A stretch of 63,343 bases of DNA from a virus (Duplodnaviria > Caudoviricetes). Made by a program: the position numbers and the translations under genes. Below the pieces are notes generated by a model. The model had not been told where the DNA came from. It saw only the letters and a list, made by a program, of their open reading frames with translations, and made no database searches. Below, piece by piece: positions 20,245 through 30,544 of this stretch (its first letter is position 1; each line of letters begins with the position of its first letter). The stretch covers positions 1-63,343 of the IMG/VR virus record IMGVR_UViG_3300012927_000007, one strand, 5' to 3'.

Positions 20245-20511
20245 ATGACCACTCACTACACCGCCGCCGGCAAATTCATCGTTCTGGTGCATTCAGACGG
20301 CGACGAGCGCAAAGCCGCCCAGTGTGGTTCGATTGCGGAAGCCGTGCAGGCTGCGAAGCTGTTGAACGACGCCAAACACTTGAACGACGTAAAGCGCCGG
20401 TACACCGACGCGGCCCGAAAAATCGCGAAGGCAGAAGCCCTCCCGGGTTTTCGCTGGACTCCGGACGAACCGACCACGTCAGCAGCTGTTGACACCGTAG
20501 ACAACGCCTGA
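20245..20511 (+). CDS. early hypothetical protein
   Basis: AGGAG RBS, 88 aa. Confidence 0.65.
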   Translation: MTTHYTAAGKFIVLVHSDGDERKAAQCGSIAEAVQAAKLLNDAKHLNDVKRRYTDAARKIAKAEALPGFRWTPDEPTTSAAVDTVDNA

Positions 20512-20517
20512 TAGACT
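20489..20517 (+). promoter_or_regulatory. sigma70 early promoter with inverted operator box
   Basis: TTGACA-17 nt-TAGACT; TAGACAAC at 20498. Confidence 0.7.
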
Positions 20518-20556
20518 TCTACTCATCGCAGCAATGCACGCAACCAGGAGACCTAA

Positions 20557-20694
20557 ATGAGCCACGCAAACCAGTATTGGGCAAATAAGCTCCCGGAACA
20601 TCTGCGCCCGCAGTTCTGGGCGGAAGTCGACTTTGGTCACAACATGAGCGGGGAAACTGCTTACAACTACATCACAAAAGGTCGACGCTGCTAA
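20557..20694 (+). CDS. 45-aa early protein (not in ORF track)
   Basis: AGGAG RBS; MSHANQYWANKLPEHLRPQFWAEVDFGHNMSGETAYNYITKGRRC. Confidence 0.6.
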   Translation: MSHANQYWANKLPEHLRPQFWAEVDFGHNMSGETAYNYITKGRRC

Positions 20695-20800
20695 ACCGGT
20701 TCTGTAGTCAACTCGATTGCGCCTGTACCAACGGACGCAATCAGATGCCAACAGGCACCAGCGACGCCCCCGCGATGTGGGCGCCCCAAAGGCGACGACA

Positions 20801-21423
20801 ATGTACGCAGTACGTGTGATCAACCAAGTAGGGCTGGAAGCGGCAAATTACGGCACCGTCTATGGGGCATGTCCCGAGGCGATGCACGACAAGGGCGTTG
20901 CCGAAGACTGGGCCAAAGTGCTCAACAATTCTGGCAACTGGCCGAAGGGCAACCCCGGTTACGAGGTCGTCGAGCTGGAAACTGACCCCACGCCCTGGTG
21001 CTCAGGCTGCGGCGCGATGAAGCAATCGAATTGTCACTGCGGCCCCATTGCCGCGAACGAATAACGCAGTTATGAACACCATACAGTGTGTATCAGATGC
21101 TTACCGTTTAGCCGGGTTGTTGTTGGGTATCGTGATAGGCTACCTCGTGGCCTATATGGTCCACAAACAACAGTAAGAAATAGCACAACATGAGTTTGTC
21201 ATTCATCCTCACGTGCCCGGAGACCCGACAAAAGCTGTGTATCGGTCAAGGACATCACGCACCCGAACCACCGCACGCTCCTGAGATGACCGTGCTGTTT
21301 TCGGGGGAGCCGGAGACCATGAACAAACTGTACTGGTTTCTTTGCGCGACGCAAGGTAAGTCCCTGGTATTAGCCGTAGAGGATTACGGGCAGCACGTGG
21401 ATGGTTGGACAGACTTCACATGA
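20801..21423 (+). CDS. three small early ORFs (20801-21064 Cys-rich; 21072-21176 TM peptide; 21190-21423)
   Basis: ORF track plus manual translation. Confidence 0.5.
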
Positions 21424-21450
21424 ACCAAACAACAATAGGTAGTCGCAAAC

Positions 21451-22143
21451 ATGGCCGTTAAAAAAGTACTGAAGAAAGAAGCCGCCCCGAGCAGCGTGAG
21501 CCTCGTCGTTCCGCAGGCGGACCCCGAGTTGGCCAGATCCGCTAAGCGGATGCTGTCCCAAGCTCAGGAACTGTTCGTTGGGAGTGCACAGGAGTATGAG
21601 GATGCCGCCGTTGTGCTGCAGAATCTCACCACGCGCGAGAAAGAGATCGAGGCCCAGAAGGCGAAACTGTGGGACCCACTCGCGGTGCTGACCAAGAACG
21701 TGCAGGCGCTCTTCAATCCGCCACTGAAAGTGTTGGACCAAGCTAAGAAGCTGGTCAGCGGGAAAATGGGCGTCTATGCCCTGGAACAACGCAACATCGC
21801 ACTGGCCGCACAACAGCGCGCCGACGACGAGGCAGAAGAAGCCCGTCAGAAGCTCCTCGCGAAAGCCGAGAGAGCAGCGGACGACGGCAACCACGCCCGC
21901 GCCGAGGTGTTGGAGGCGCGCGCGGACAGCGTCCAGGCCCCCACGATCGAAATCGACATCCCCAAGGTGCACGGTATTCAACTGCGCGAGCGCTGGCTGT
22001 TCGAGGTGACCGACCCGGAGGAGGTGCCACGGGAGTTTCTCATGGTCGACGAGCGCTTGATTCGCGCCGAAGTCAACGCCAAGGAGAGCCTCGCGAAGAT
22101 TCCCGGCGTGCATATCTGGTCCACGTTGAAACCGCAGGGGTAA
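21451..22143 (+). CDS. coiled-coil protein, Gam/gp157-like
   Basis: Long coiled coil ending W.FEVTDPEEVPREFL.VDE..I...IPGV. Confidence 0.6.
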   Translation: MAVKKVLKKEAAPSSVSLVVPQADPELARSAKRMLSQAQELFVGSAQEYEDAAVVLQNLTTREKEIEAQKAKLWDPLAVLTKNVQALFNPPLKVLDQAKKLVSGKMGVYALEQRNIALAAQQRADDEAEEARQKLLAKAERAADDGNHARAEVLEARADSVQAPTIEIDIPKVHGIQLRERWLFEVTDPEEVPREFLMVDERLIRAEVNAKESLAKIPGVHIWSTLKPQG

Positions 22144-22149
22144 CCGGTC

Positions 22150-23832
22150 ATGACGAAAAAGAAAACGACCTACCCAAAGGACCACGACGCGTGGCCGTGG
22201 TGTAAGGCGTGCGAAAGCTACCATTCTCCGAAGCTGGCTACCTGCTTTGCACGAAAGAAAATGTACTACACCATCGGCGTGCGGTTCCTCTATGGACCCA
22301 ACTTTGGCAAGATGTACACCTACCGCGTGTGCAATCGCAACAAGGTGACTCTCGGGCAGGAGTTGGTTGCAGACACGCCCAGCGGCTCAGCAATCGTGGT
22401 GGCCGTACGGATTGACACGAAACGGCAAGACACCAACGTGGCGATAGAATACAAGTACATCACGCACAAGGTCGCGCCACTGTGAGAAAGACACGCATCC
22501 CCACGTGCGAGCAGTGTCTTCTGCAACACCCAGCGAGTCAAGGATGTCGGGACGCGAAAATCGCGGCAGCTCCACGAATTGCAGACGAAGGACGCAACCT
22601 CGTCGGCCGCAAGCCTGAGTACCGCCTCAAAGCGATGAACAAAGCGACCGGCGAGAAATCCCGCAACACTGGCGCCGCGTGGGTCAATGCTGACGGCTCT
22701 ATCTCGATCGACATCGAGCCGTTCGTTGTGCTCCAAGGTGGCAAGGATCTAGTGTTGACGTTGTTCCCGGAAGGAAAAAAGGAATGAAGAACCGCACCAT
22801 CGCACAGCGCGCCGTGAAGTACGCCCAAGGCAAGGTGCACGCGCTAAAAACTCCAACGTATGAGGCCCCATTGGCGCAGGGCTGGCATGACGGCTACCGC
22901 GCAGCTCTACGCGACGTCACGCAGATTGGTACCGGGCTGACTTACGCAACTTCCCGTGAGTTGAGTGATGCGTTAGACAGCGTAATCGACCGTGCCGTTG
23001 TGACCTTTCGGGAAGAGTTGGGGAAAATAGAATGATCCACTGCAACAGTACATGGGACGCGTGGGGACTGCTGCTCACCGGGATCAGTATCGGCTGGGTC
23101 GGGGTACAACTAACCATGGCGGTCCTGATCGTCCGACGCTACAAACGGGAGCGACGTAATGGCCATTCGTAAACTACCCGGCCCGTGGGTGCCGTTCGGG
23201 AAGGGTGAGCAGCAGGAAATCACCGGCACGGATCTCGACGTAGGTCCACACCGACGTATGGCGACTCCGCTCCAGACCGCGACCCAGCGAGCACATATGC
23301 GCGGGCAAGCATTCCGGTATGCCCGAGAACGGTTGTTGAACTCAGAAAGATTGGGAATCGGCCGTGCGCCGTTCTCGCACATCGACGCGGAGACGATCGC
23401 ACAGCAGGCGTGGGCGGATGGGTACATCGCAGCCCTACGCGATATTAAAAAACAACGAGGTGAGTCGTGAAGGCGCGAGATTGGGTAGAACTTTGCGTGA
23501 TCTTGTTGGCGCTCTTGCTGTTGGGGGCGGGCCAAGCGGGGTTTTTAACCGGGTGTGGGCTGCTATTGGCCGTTTCTTGTCGGCATTACTGCTAAGGACG
23601 AATCATGAATTTTAGAAACGCATCCTTGAAAGGGCGACCAGTGTATTGCGGCGGCAATGCTACGCCGAAACTGATTCATCTCGTGCCGGGCACTGAAAGC
23701 AGGAGCCGCGCGCTGTGCGGTATCAAACCGCAAGGCTCCTCCAGTGGGTGGGATTTCAACGAGGCCTCGCCGACGTGCGTGCGTTGCATGTCGAAACTCG
23801 ACAAGTTAGAACAGAAGGAAAACGCGTCATGA
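22150..23832 (+). CDS. cluster of small hypothetical ORFs (22150-22485, 22482-22787, 22784-23035, 23159-23470, 23605-23832)
   Basis: Coupled ORFs. Confidence 0.5.
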
Positions 23833-24119
23833 AACCCTGGGGCACAATGGCTTTGACGCTGGTGGCGCTTCTGACTGTATTAGCGCTATTGTCGGGGTGT
23901 GACACGCTGGAGAACCGCGTCGACGCGACCCGAGACTTCGCCAGCCGACACCCCGCGGTGACCGCGGTCACGAGCGCCGTTGTGGCGGCTGGGGTTACCT
24001 ACGCGATCGAGCACCACGGTCACCATCGCGATGAGCGCTCACCATTTCGAGTCGTAGCCCCGGGGACGTCGACCACCCAGCCAGTTGACTGCGCTACGAA
24101 TCCGTATCAGTGTCAGTGA
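23829..24119 (+). CDS. lipoprotein
   Basis: Hydrophobic signal plus LSGC lipobox. Confidence 0.65.
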   Translation: MKPWGTMALTLVALLTVLALLSGCDTLENRVDATRDFASRHPAVTAVTSAVVAAGVTYAIEHHGHHRDERSPFRVVAPGTSTTQPVDCATNPYQCQ

Positions 24120-24148
24120 CGAGGAAGTAAACCAACTGGAGAAGGACT

Positions 24149-24331
24149 ATGTTGATCTTGACGAGAAGGGTCGGAGAAACCGTGATGATTGGGGACAACG
24201 TCACCATCACAGTGTTAGGGGTCAAGGGGAATCAAGTGCGTGTGGGCATCAACGCGCCCAAGGAAATCGCGGTGCACCGTGAAGAGATCTACGATCGCAT
24301 CAAGCGCGAAAAGATTGGGACCCCTGCATGA
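24149..24331 (+). CDS. csrA: carbon storage regulator CsrA/RsmA
   Basis: [48 protein letters not shown]. Confidence 0.97.
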   Translation: MLILTRRVGETVMIGDNVTITVLGVKGNQVRVGINAPKEIAVHREEIYDRIKREKIGTPA

Positions 24332-25209
24332 CCGAAGTAGGACGCCGCCCGACGTTGTACGAGCTCCTACTCGCGCTCCACGCGATCGAGAGCGTCGAGG
24401 CGGATATCGCAGCACACGACCCGGAAGCCAAAACGTTCCGGGTCGTGCTGACCTTCACCCGCGCGCAGTGTCCCAACGATTGGATCGAAGGGAAACCCAA
24501 GCCCTCGTGGATGTTCGAGCAACTCACGGAGGAGTTGGCCGCGTGGCTGCAGCAGCGCAATCGTGAGGAGCAGTGGGTCTCGAAAGAGGAGCAGATGGGC
24601 TCCTCCATCGACACCCTCATGGCGCACTATACGGAAGAGTTAAAGAAAGTCGTCAAAGCCTCCCCGCAAAACATGTTGACTCGAATGCAGAAACGCATCT
24701 TCGAGGACACCATCCTGAGACTCAAGGAATTGAAGGAGCGTCGCGCGGCGGGCGGGGTATACTCCCAGACCGAGAGCCGTCGTGAGAAAGCACGCAAGCA
24801 ATGGGAAGATGACGAGTACGAGGCGCCGAAGCGTGAAGAGGCGCAACGTCGCCAACAACGAAGCAATCCATATGATGGCGGCTTCCAATATGCCGGTTTT
24901 GACGACCTAGACCCTGAAATGGCACGGCAGGCGCGCGAGGCTTTCAGCAAACTTTTTAACGATAATGCGTACCGCTGGGGGCCGAATCATGGAACAGCCA
25001 CCCCACCGCCAAAGTCAAACAACAAACAGCCGTGGCACGTGACCCTGGGGGTGCCCATTAGCGCCACCAAGGAGGAGATTACGAAAGCGTACCGTAAACT
25101 GGTCGCGAAGTACCAGCCGCGCACCAGCGCCGATGCGGAAGATAAAGAGCGTCATGCCAAAATGACAGAAATCAACACCGCACGCGATGAAGGGTTAGGT
25201 GGGTTATGA
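24328..25209 (+). CDS. protein with C-terminal J-like (DnaJ) domain lacking HPD
   Basis: [30 protein letters not shown]...MTEINTARD. Confidence 0.75.
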   Translation: MTEVGRRPTLYELLLALHAIESVEADIAAHDPEAKTFRVVLTFTRAQCPNDWIEGKPKPSWMFEQLTEELAAWLQQRNREEQWVSKEEQMGSSIDTLMAHYTEELKKVVKASPQNMLTRMQKRIFEDTILRLKELKERRAAGGVYSQTESRREKARKQWEDDEYEAPKREEAQRRQQRSNPYDGGFQYAGFDDLDPEMARQAREAFSKLFNDNAYRWGPNHGTATPPPKSNNKQPWHVTLGVPISATKEEITKAYRKLVAKYQPRTSADAEDKERHAKMTEINTARDEGLGGL

Positions 25210-25394
25210 AAACAATTGCGTTGTTACTCTCATTACTTGCGGTGTTCATCGCGGGGTGCCCACGTCAAGACCCAGAACTACCAAAAAATGTAAGTTACTA
25301 TGGCAACGTGCGCGAACTTACGCTTAAGGACGGCACTCGCTGTGCTGTCTACGATGAAGGACGCGGTGGCGGCATATCCTGCGATTGGAAATGA
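25206..25394 (+). CDS. small lipoprotein
   Basis: IAGC lipobox; DGTRCAV...GGISCDW. Confidence 0.65.
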   Translation: MKTIALLLSLLAVFIAGCPRQDPELPKNVSYYGNVRELTLKDGTRCAVYDEGRGGGISCDWK

Positions 25395-27913
25395 GAAACG
25401 CTAATTGCACTGCCTGCGGGCTCCACAAGGATGCGACCACGGTGTGTATTGACGGCGACGGTCCAAAGAACGCAGACATCCTTGTGGTGGGCCAAAACCC
25501 CGGGCAGCAGGAGGACCGCCGCGGTATCCCCTTTATCGGCCCATCGGGGCAGATCCTGAAAGCGCAACTCGCGAAAGCGGGTCTTACCACAGCGTCGATA
25601 CGGTACACCAACGCGGTGCGATGCGTGACCCCCGGCAATCGCGAGCCGACCGCGAAAGAGGTCAAGGCGTGCAAGCCGTATTTGGATGCGGAAATCACGC
25701 GTATCAACCCACCGTACATCGTCCCGCTCGGTGCACTCGCGACCAAGGCGCTGGCAAAAACTAAGATCAGCACGGCGCACGGCCAGATGATCGAGCGGGA
25801 CGGTCGCATCATTTGCCCGACGTACCACCCGGCTGCGACGTTCCGCGACCCGTCCAAACTGCAGGTGATCCAACAGGATTTCGCACGGCTGAAACGCCAG
25901 ATAGATGGCACCCTGGGCGCTACCCAGGACGCCTTCAAGTACCGCGTCGTCACGGATAGATCGATACTCAAGGAGTTTCTGGAGGCCTTCGAGGACGCGG
26001 AGGACTACGCCTACGACACCGAGACCAACGGGCTGTTCCTGCGCAAGCCGGACTTCGTGGTCCGCTCTATCGCATTCGCACTGCCTGACTGTTCGTGGGT
26101 TATCCCGCTGGAGATGCCCGGAGGATTTTATGAGCACAACTGGCAAGCACAAGCCGCCGTATTTCGGGTGTTGGCGCGCAAAGCAAAAGGCAAGTGGGCG
26201 TGCGTGTTCCACGGCAAGTACGATTCCGGGGCTATCCGCAGAGCGTATTCCGTTTCGCTGGCCTATCACTTCGACGCCATGCTGGCGCACTACCTGGGTG
26301 ATGAGAATCAAGAGCACGACCTCAAGTACGTCTCCCGCGTCGAACTCGACTGCCCCGAGTACGACCTCTCGAAAGAACTGAAGCTCAGCGACAACCCCAA
26401 ATGGCTGGAGTTGATGCAAGACCCCGCCAACCGCGAGAAGTACTGGAGGTATAACGGACGGGATGCATGGAATACGCTCCAACTCTCGTACCTCTTCACA
26501 GCGCAATTACGCAAGAATTCCGCACGGCGACGGCTGTTTTACCAACTCGTCATGCCCTCCTCGCGAGCGCTGGAGTCGATTGAGGCGGAAGGGTTGCCGG
26601 TTGATTCGCAGCAGTACACCGAGATGGAAACCCGCACTTCGATGGAGCGCGACGTGGCGCTGATAGCGTTAAACGAGAGTGCAGGTAAACCCGTCAACTG
26701 GAACTCGCCGCAGCAAATCGCCAAAGTGCTGTTCGAGGATCTCGGGTTGCCCGTGCAGTTGAAAACCCCAACCGGTGCGCCGTCGACGAGCGAAGCGGCC
26801 ATCGTCGACCTCAAGGGCAAGCATCCCATCATCAACGAGCTGCTCCACTACCGCGAACTCGACAAGATCCTGGGCACCTACCTTGAGGGGTGGAAACAGT
26901 ACATCGTCGGCAACCGTATTTACTTCTCGTATAAGCAGCACGGCACGGTCACGGGCAGATTTAGCTCCCGACTACACCAGATCCCCACGGACGGCGATAT
27001 CCGCTCTATTATCGCTATAGCGGATGACCGCGGTGAATGGGAATTCGTCGCGGCGGACTTGTCCCAGGCGGAATTGCGCATCGCCGCAGAAATGTCTGGG
27101 GATACGACCCTCATCGACATTTACCGCCAAGGGCGGGATGTGCATTGGAATACGGTGTTGTTCCTTGTCGGTGCAGGGCACATGCCGGAGTACGCTGAGC
27201 AGGCGCTAAAAACCGCGGTGGCGTTACGCCAGGGGTTCAAGCAGGGGCGTATTTCACTCGCAGATGCGTTGGAGATACTGCGCGTCGCAGGGGTAGACGC
27301 GTGCGCCAAGATGTGGAAAGAGTGGAAAACCGCCCGCACTAACGCTAAACGGATAGCCTTCGGGTTTTTGTACGGGATGTACGAAAATACCTTCATAGAA
27401 AAAGCCAAAGTTGACTATGATTGGTATTGTAGTTACAAACAGGCGCACGCGTTCCGTACGGGCTTTTTCGAGGTATACCCCGGCTTGGAGCCATGGCACA
27501 ACCGCTGCAAGCGCATCGCGCGGATCGACGGCTACGTGACCAATATGTTCGGGCGGGTACGCCGGCTGCCCGCGATTCAGTCAACCGATAAACTGGCCCG
27601 CATGGAGGCGGAGCGCCAAGCCGTCAACGCGCCCGTGCAAGGCACCATCGGCGATTGGAAAGCCGCCGCGATGGTCGAAATAGACGAGACAATCGATAAG
27701 GACCAGTTTAGACTCGCAGGCGAACACCACGACGCCCTCCTGGGGCTGGTCCGCCGAGGCTGCGAGGACGACGTATTGCCCCGTGTGCGAAAAATAATGG
27801 AGCGCCCCAAGCTCCTCAAAACCTTCAAGATCAAAATGCAGGTCCCCATGGTGGTTGACGTGAACGTCGGCGCGTGGGGCAAAGGTACGGTGTACCATGA
27901 CCCTAGACACTAA
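25391..27913 (+). CDS. polA: family A DNA polymerase with N-terminal family-4 UDG-like domain and 3'-5' exonuclease
   Basis: CxxCxL, GQNPG, PFIGPSG, YHPAA; Exo DTET/YD/YNGRD; Pol motifs DLSQAELR, AKRIAFGFLYG, HHDA. Confidence 0.95.
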   Translation: MRNANCTACGLHKDATTVCIDGDGPKNADILVVGQNPGQQEDRRGIPFIGPSGQILKAQLAKAGLTTASIRYTNAVRCVTPGNREPTAKEVKACKPYLDAEITRINPPYIVPLGALATKALAKTKISTAHGQMIERDGRIICPTYHPAATFRDPSKLQVIQQDFARLKRQIDGTLGATQDAFKYRVVTDRSILKEFLEAFEDAEDYAYDTETNGLFLRKPDFVVRSIAFALPDCSWVIPLEMPGGFYEHNWQAQAAVFRVLARKAKGKWACVFHGKYDSGAIRRAYSVSLAYHFDAMLAHYLGDENQEHDLKYVSRVELDCPEYDLSKELKLSDNPKWLELMQDPANREKYWRYNGRDAWNTLQLSYLFTAQLRKNSARRRLFYQLVMPSSRALESIEAEGLPVDSQQYTEMETRTSMERDVALIALNESAGKPVNWNSPQQIAKVLFEDLGLPVQLKTPTGAPSTSEAAIVDLKGKHPIINELLHYRELDKILGTYLEGWKQYIVGNRIYFSYKQHGTVTGRFSSRLHQIPTDGDIRSIIAIADDRGEWEFVAADLSQAELRIAAEMSGDTTLIDIYRQGRDVHWNTVLFLVGAGHMPEYAEQALKTAVALRQGFKQGRISLADALEILRVAGVDACAKMWKEWKTARTNAKRIAFGFLYGMYENTFIEKAKVDYDWYCSYKQAHAFRTGFFEVYPGLEPWHNRCKRIARIDGYVTNMFGRVRRLPAIQSTDKLARMEAERQAVNAPVQGTIGDWKAAAMVEIDETIDKDQFRLAGEHHDALLGLVRRGCEDDVLPRVRKIMERPKLLKTFKIKMQVPMVVDVNVGAWGKGTVYHDPRH

Positions 27914-28637
27914 CTTAAAAATTGGGCTAGGCCGCCCAAAAACGTTGGAAGAGCAAATGGCCGTGCAAGCGGACATATCCGCAATGCGCAGGGCAATTAT
28001 GTTCGGGCAACGGGATAGCTCTCTCATAGCGCACTGTCTCCAAGTGGCGCAACATCAGGGGTTGAGCGGCGAGGAGACCTACGTGCTTCTCGCGTATCAC
28101 GCACTCGTGGAGATTGAGCAGTTTTGGCGCAATCAGCTGAAGCTGGCTGCGTTGGATATCCGCACGACGGGGATTACTCCGTGATCCTGTTCGTCAGTAA
28201 AAAACGCTACGCGATGGAACTGGCGTGCGCGAAGCGGCGCGAGGAAATGTTGCAGCGGGCAATTGACTACGCGCTCCGGGAACTGCGCCGATCGCAGCAC
28301 GCCACCGCACCCTTTCAAGACTGCGTGCGACCCGCGATAGGACGACTCTCCCGAGCGCAAGTCGACGTCAATACGGTACGGAGTGGATATGAGCCTTAAC
28401 ACTAAAGTCAAACTCCCCGAGATGGAGCGGTTCGCAGCAGCTGACCTCGAAACCGAAGTCGCTGAAAACCCGCTCACCGCAGCTTTCGAGTTGATCGCGT
28501 TGCGGAAAGTCGCCCGGCTCGCTTCGGAGCTCTGCACGGCCATCGAGCGCGGCGAGAAGGACATCGGGGGCTCTCGGCACATCCGCAACATTCTAGCGGA
28601 TCTCGGACCCGCGTGCGACGCTGTGGAGGGTCGTTAG
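27897..28637 (+). CDS. three hypothetical ORFs (27897-28184, 28181-28399, 28383-28637)
   Basis: Coupled ORFs. Confidence 0.5.
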
Positions 28638-28638
28638 C

Positions 28639-28983
28639 GTGGCACCGAGCAGTGACGCGCCCCGGCGGCACAACCGGTGTACCGAACCGACACATCAACG
28701 GTCGAAAACCAACGGCCGCTGTTTGGACTGCAAACGTGCGTGGCAAGCACGGTACATGAAGAGTAAACACGGTTCGGGTAGCGCTCCATCCCGCGCGGCG
28801 ACCTTCGAGGGTAACTCGTGTGCGGTGTGCAATAGTACCCAGCGTTACGCTTATAACAAGACTTGCGTCGCGTGCGCGCGTCGGCATTCCGTAGAAAGAA
28901 GCGCAGCCAGCAATGCGTACAATGTACCCGCGGTGTTTACCCGCTGGGTGACTGCGCCATTGCCGGAGTCGACGGGTGTTTAA
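28639..28983 (+). CDS. double Zn-finger protein
   Basis: CLDC and FEGNSCAVC..RY..TCVAC. Confidence 0.6.
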   Translation: MAPSSDAPRRHNRCTEPTHQRSKTNGRCLDCKRAWQARYMKSKHGSGSAPSRAATFEGNSCAVCNSTQRYAYNKTCVACARRHSVERSAASNAYNVPAVFTRWVTAPLPESTGV

Positions 28984-29944
28984 AACCGGCTTCAGCAAGG
29001 TGAAAGCTTGGCGCAGTTGCAACAAGCGTTACGACTTCGCATACAACCGCAATCTGCAGGCCAAGCGCAAACCCGCTGCGATGTTCCGCGGTACCATCCT
29101 GCATGAGATGCTCGCTGCTCGGGACACGTATGGGTTCCCGGAAGAGGTGTTCCTCCAGTACGAAGACAAGTACGGACGGCTGTTCGAGGCGGAGCGCGAG
29201 TTCTACGGCGAGAATTTCCTGGACGACATTTGGCGCATCTATCGCGGCTACGTCCGAACGTACAAAAAGAGTGACTGGAAAGTCCTTGCAACGGAGGGGC
29301 TCGTCGAGATGCAGCTCACCCCGCAAGTCTGGTTCGAAGGGCATTACGACCTCCGCGTTGAGAGTGCTGGACGCCGTTGGCTTGTCGATCGTAAAACGCA
29401 TCGAGTACTACCCACCGCCGAGGAAAGGTTCAACAATTTCCAACTGCTCTTGTACGTGCACGCATGGAACCACGAGCACAGAGCCGCCGACCGCGTCGAC
29501 GGTATCATCTGGGACTACCTGCGCACCAAAGCACCCACCATCCCCGAAGTGCTCAAGAGCGGGCAACTGACCCGCCGCAAGGATCTCGACACGGATCTGT
29601 ACACGTACCACAAGGCGATCCGCGACAACGATCTAGACGCGGACGGCTACGATTATTACTTGCGGGAGCTGGAGAAACGCTCCACCGATCGGTTCTACCA
29701 GCGGGTGCCGCTGCCGGTGCCATCGAAGGAAATGACCCAAACGGTCGTACAGGAGTTCATCCACTCAGCAGAAGCGATTCGCACCGCGAAGCAGTTCCCG
29801 CGCAACATGACGTACACCTGTAACCGCTGCGAATTTTTCCGCTTGTGCAATGCCGAGTTGTCTGGTATTAACGCTAAATTCGTCGAGAAGAACGACTATG
29901 AACAACGCCCCCCGGACGAACGTGAGGTTGGTGAAGCGGCATAA
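28976..29944 (+). CDS. Cas4/RecB-like PD-(D/E)XK exonuclease
   Basis: N-terminal Cys, EGHYD, VDRKT, QLLLY, C-terminal CNRC....LC Fe-S staple. Confidence 0.85.
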   Translation: MFKTGFSKVKAWRSCNKRYDFAYNRNLQAKRKPAAMFRGTILHEMLAARDTYGFPEEVFLQYEDKYGRLFEAEREFYGENFLDDIWRIYRGYVRTYKKSDWKVLATEGLVEMQLTPQVWFEGHYDLRVESAGRRWLVDRKTHRVLPTAEERFNNFQLLLYVHAWNHEHRAADRVDGIIWDYLRTKAPTIPEVLKSGQLTRRKDLDTDLYTYHKAIRDNDLDADGYDYYLRELEKRSTDRFYQRVPLPVPSKEMTQTVVQEFIHSAEAIRTAKQFPRNMTYTCNRCEFFRLCNAELSGINAKFVEKNDYEQRPPDEREVGEAA

Positions 29945-30197
29945 CCCGCGCGTCGTGCACTGCAAGCGGGAGCCGTACGATGTGCTGATCGACCGCACCA
30001 CAGAGTGGGGAAACCCGTACGTGATTGGTCCAGACGGCGATCGTTCAGATGTGATCAGGAAATACCGTCAATGGATAGAAAGCTTTCCGCACAAAAAGCG
30101 CATCATTCGTGAGAAGCTGCGCGGTAAGGTGTTAGGATGCTGGTGCGCTCCGAGGGCCTGTCACGGCGACGTTTTACTAGAGATAGCGAACGAATGA
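29931..30197 (+). CDS. DUF4326-family protein
   Basis: VVHCKR..YDVLIDR..WGNPY...LRGKVLGCWCAP.ACHGDVL. Confidence 0.85.
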   Translation: MKRHNPRVVHCKREPYDVLIDRTTEWGNPYVIGPDGDRSDVIRKYRQWIESFPHKKRIIREKLRGKVLGCWCAPRACHGDVLLEIANE

Positions 30198-30544
30198 GCA
30201 ACGTGAAGAAGACGCGCTCGAAACCGAAGCGGGGTAAACCCAAACGCAACGTGCGGTTGGTAATCCCAAAGAAGGTACTCACTGAGGTTTTACACCGACT
30301 GTTTCAAATAGAGATGGTTACATCTAACATCGCTAATGAGTTGTATAAGCGGGAGTACCGTAGGGTATGGATGTTCGTACACAAAGGTGGAAACGACGGA
30401 CAGTCCTTAGGAGCTGAGCGCGTAATAGGTATCTCAGAAGCTAACTGTTGGGATAATGCACTTACGTTTTTCGGTGAAAATTACACCAAAGAAAACCTAC
30501 GTCAACAAGGTTGGTGCCCTGTGCCAGTGACTGTATTACTATGA
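30194..30544 (+). CDS. hypothetical protein (AT-richer DNA)
   Basis: ATGA coupling on both sides. Confidence 0.5.
   Translation: MSNVKKTRSKPKRGKPKRNVRLVIPKKVLTEVLHRLFQIEMVTSNIANELYKREYRRVWMFVHKGGNDGQSLGAERVIGISEANCWDNALTFFGENYTKENLRQQGWCPVPVTVLL

Noticed and set aside
25391-27913. Intein or intron in polymerase, terminase or helicases
   Set aside because: No splice-junction motifs; motif spacing and protein sizes are normal
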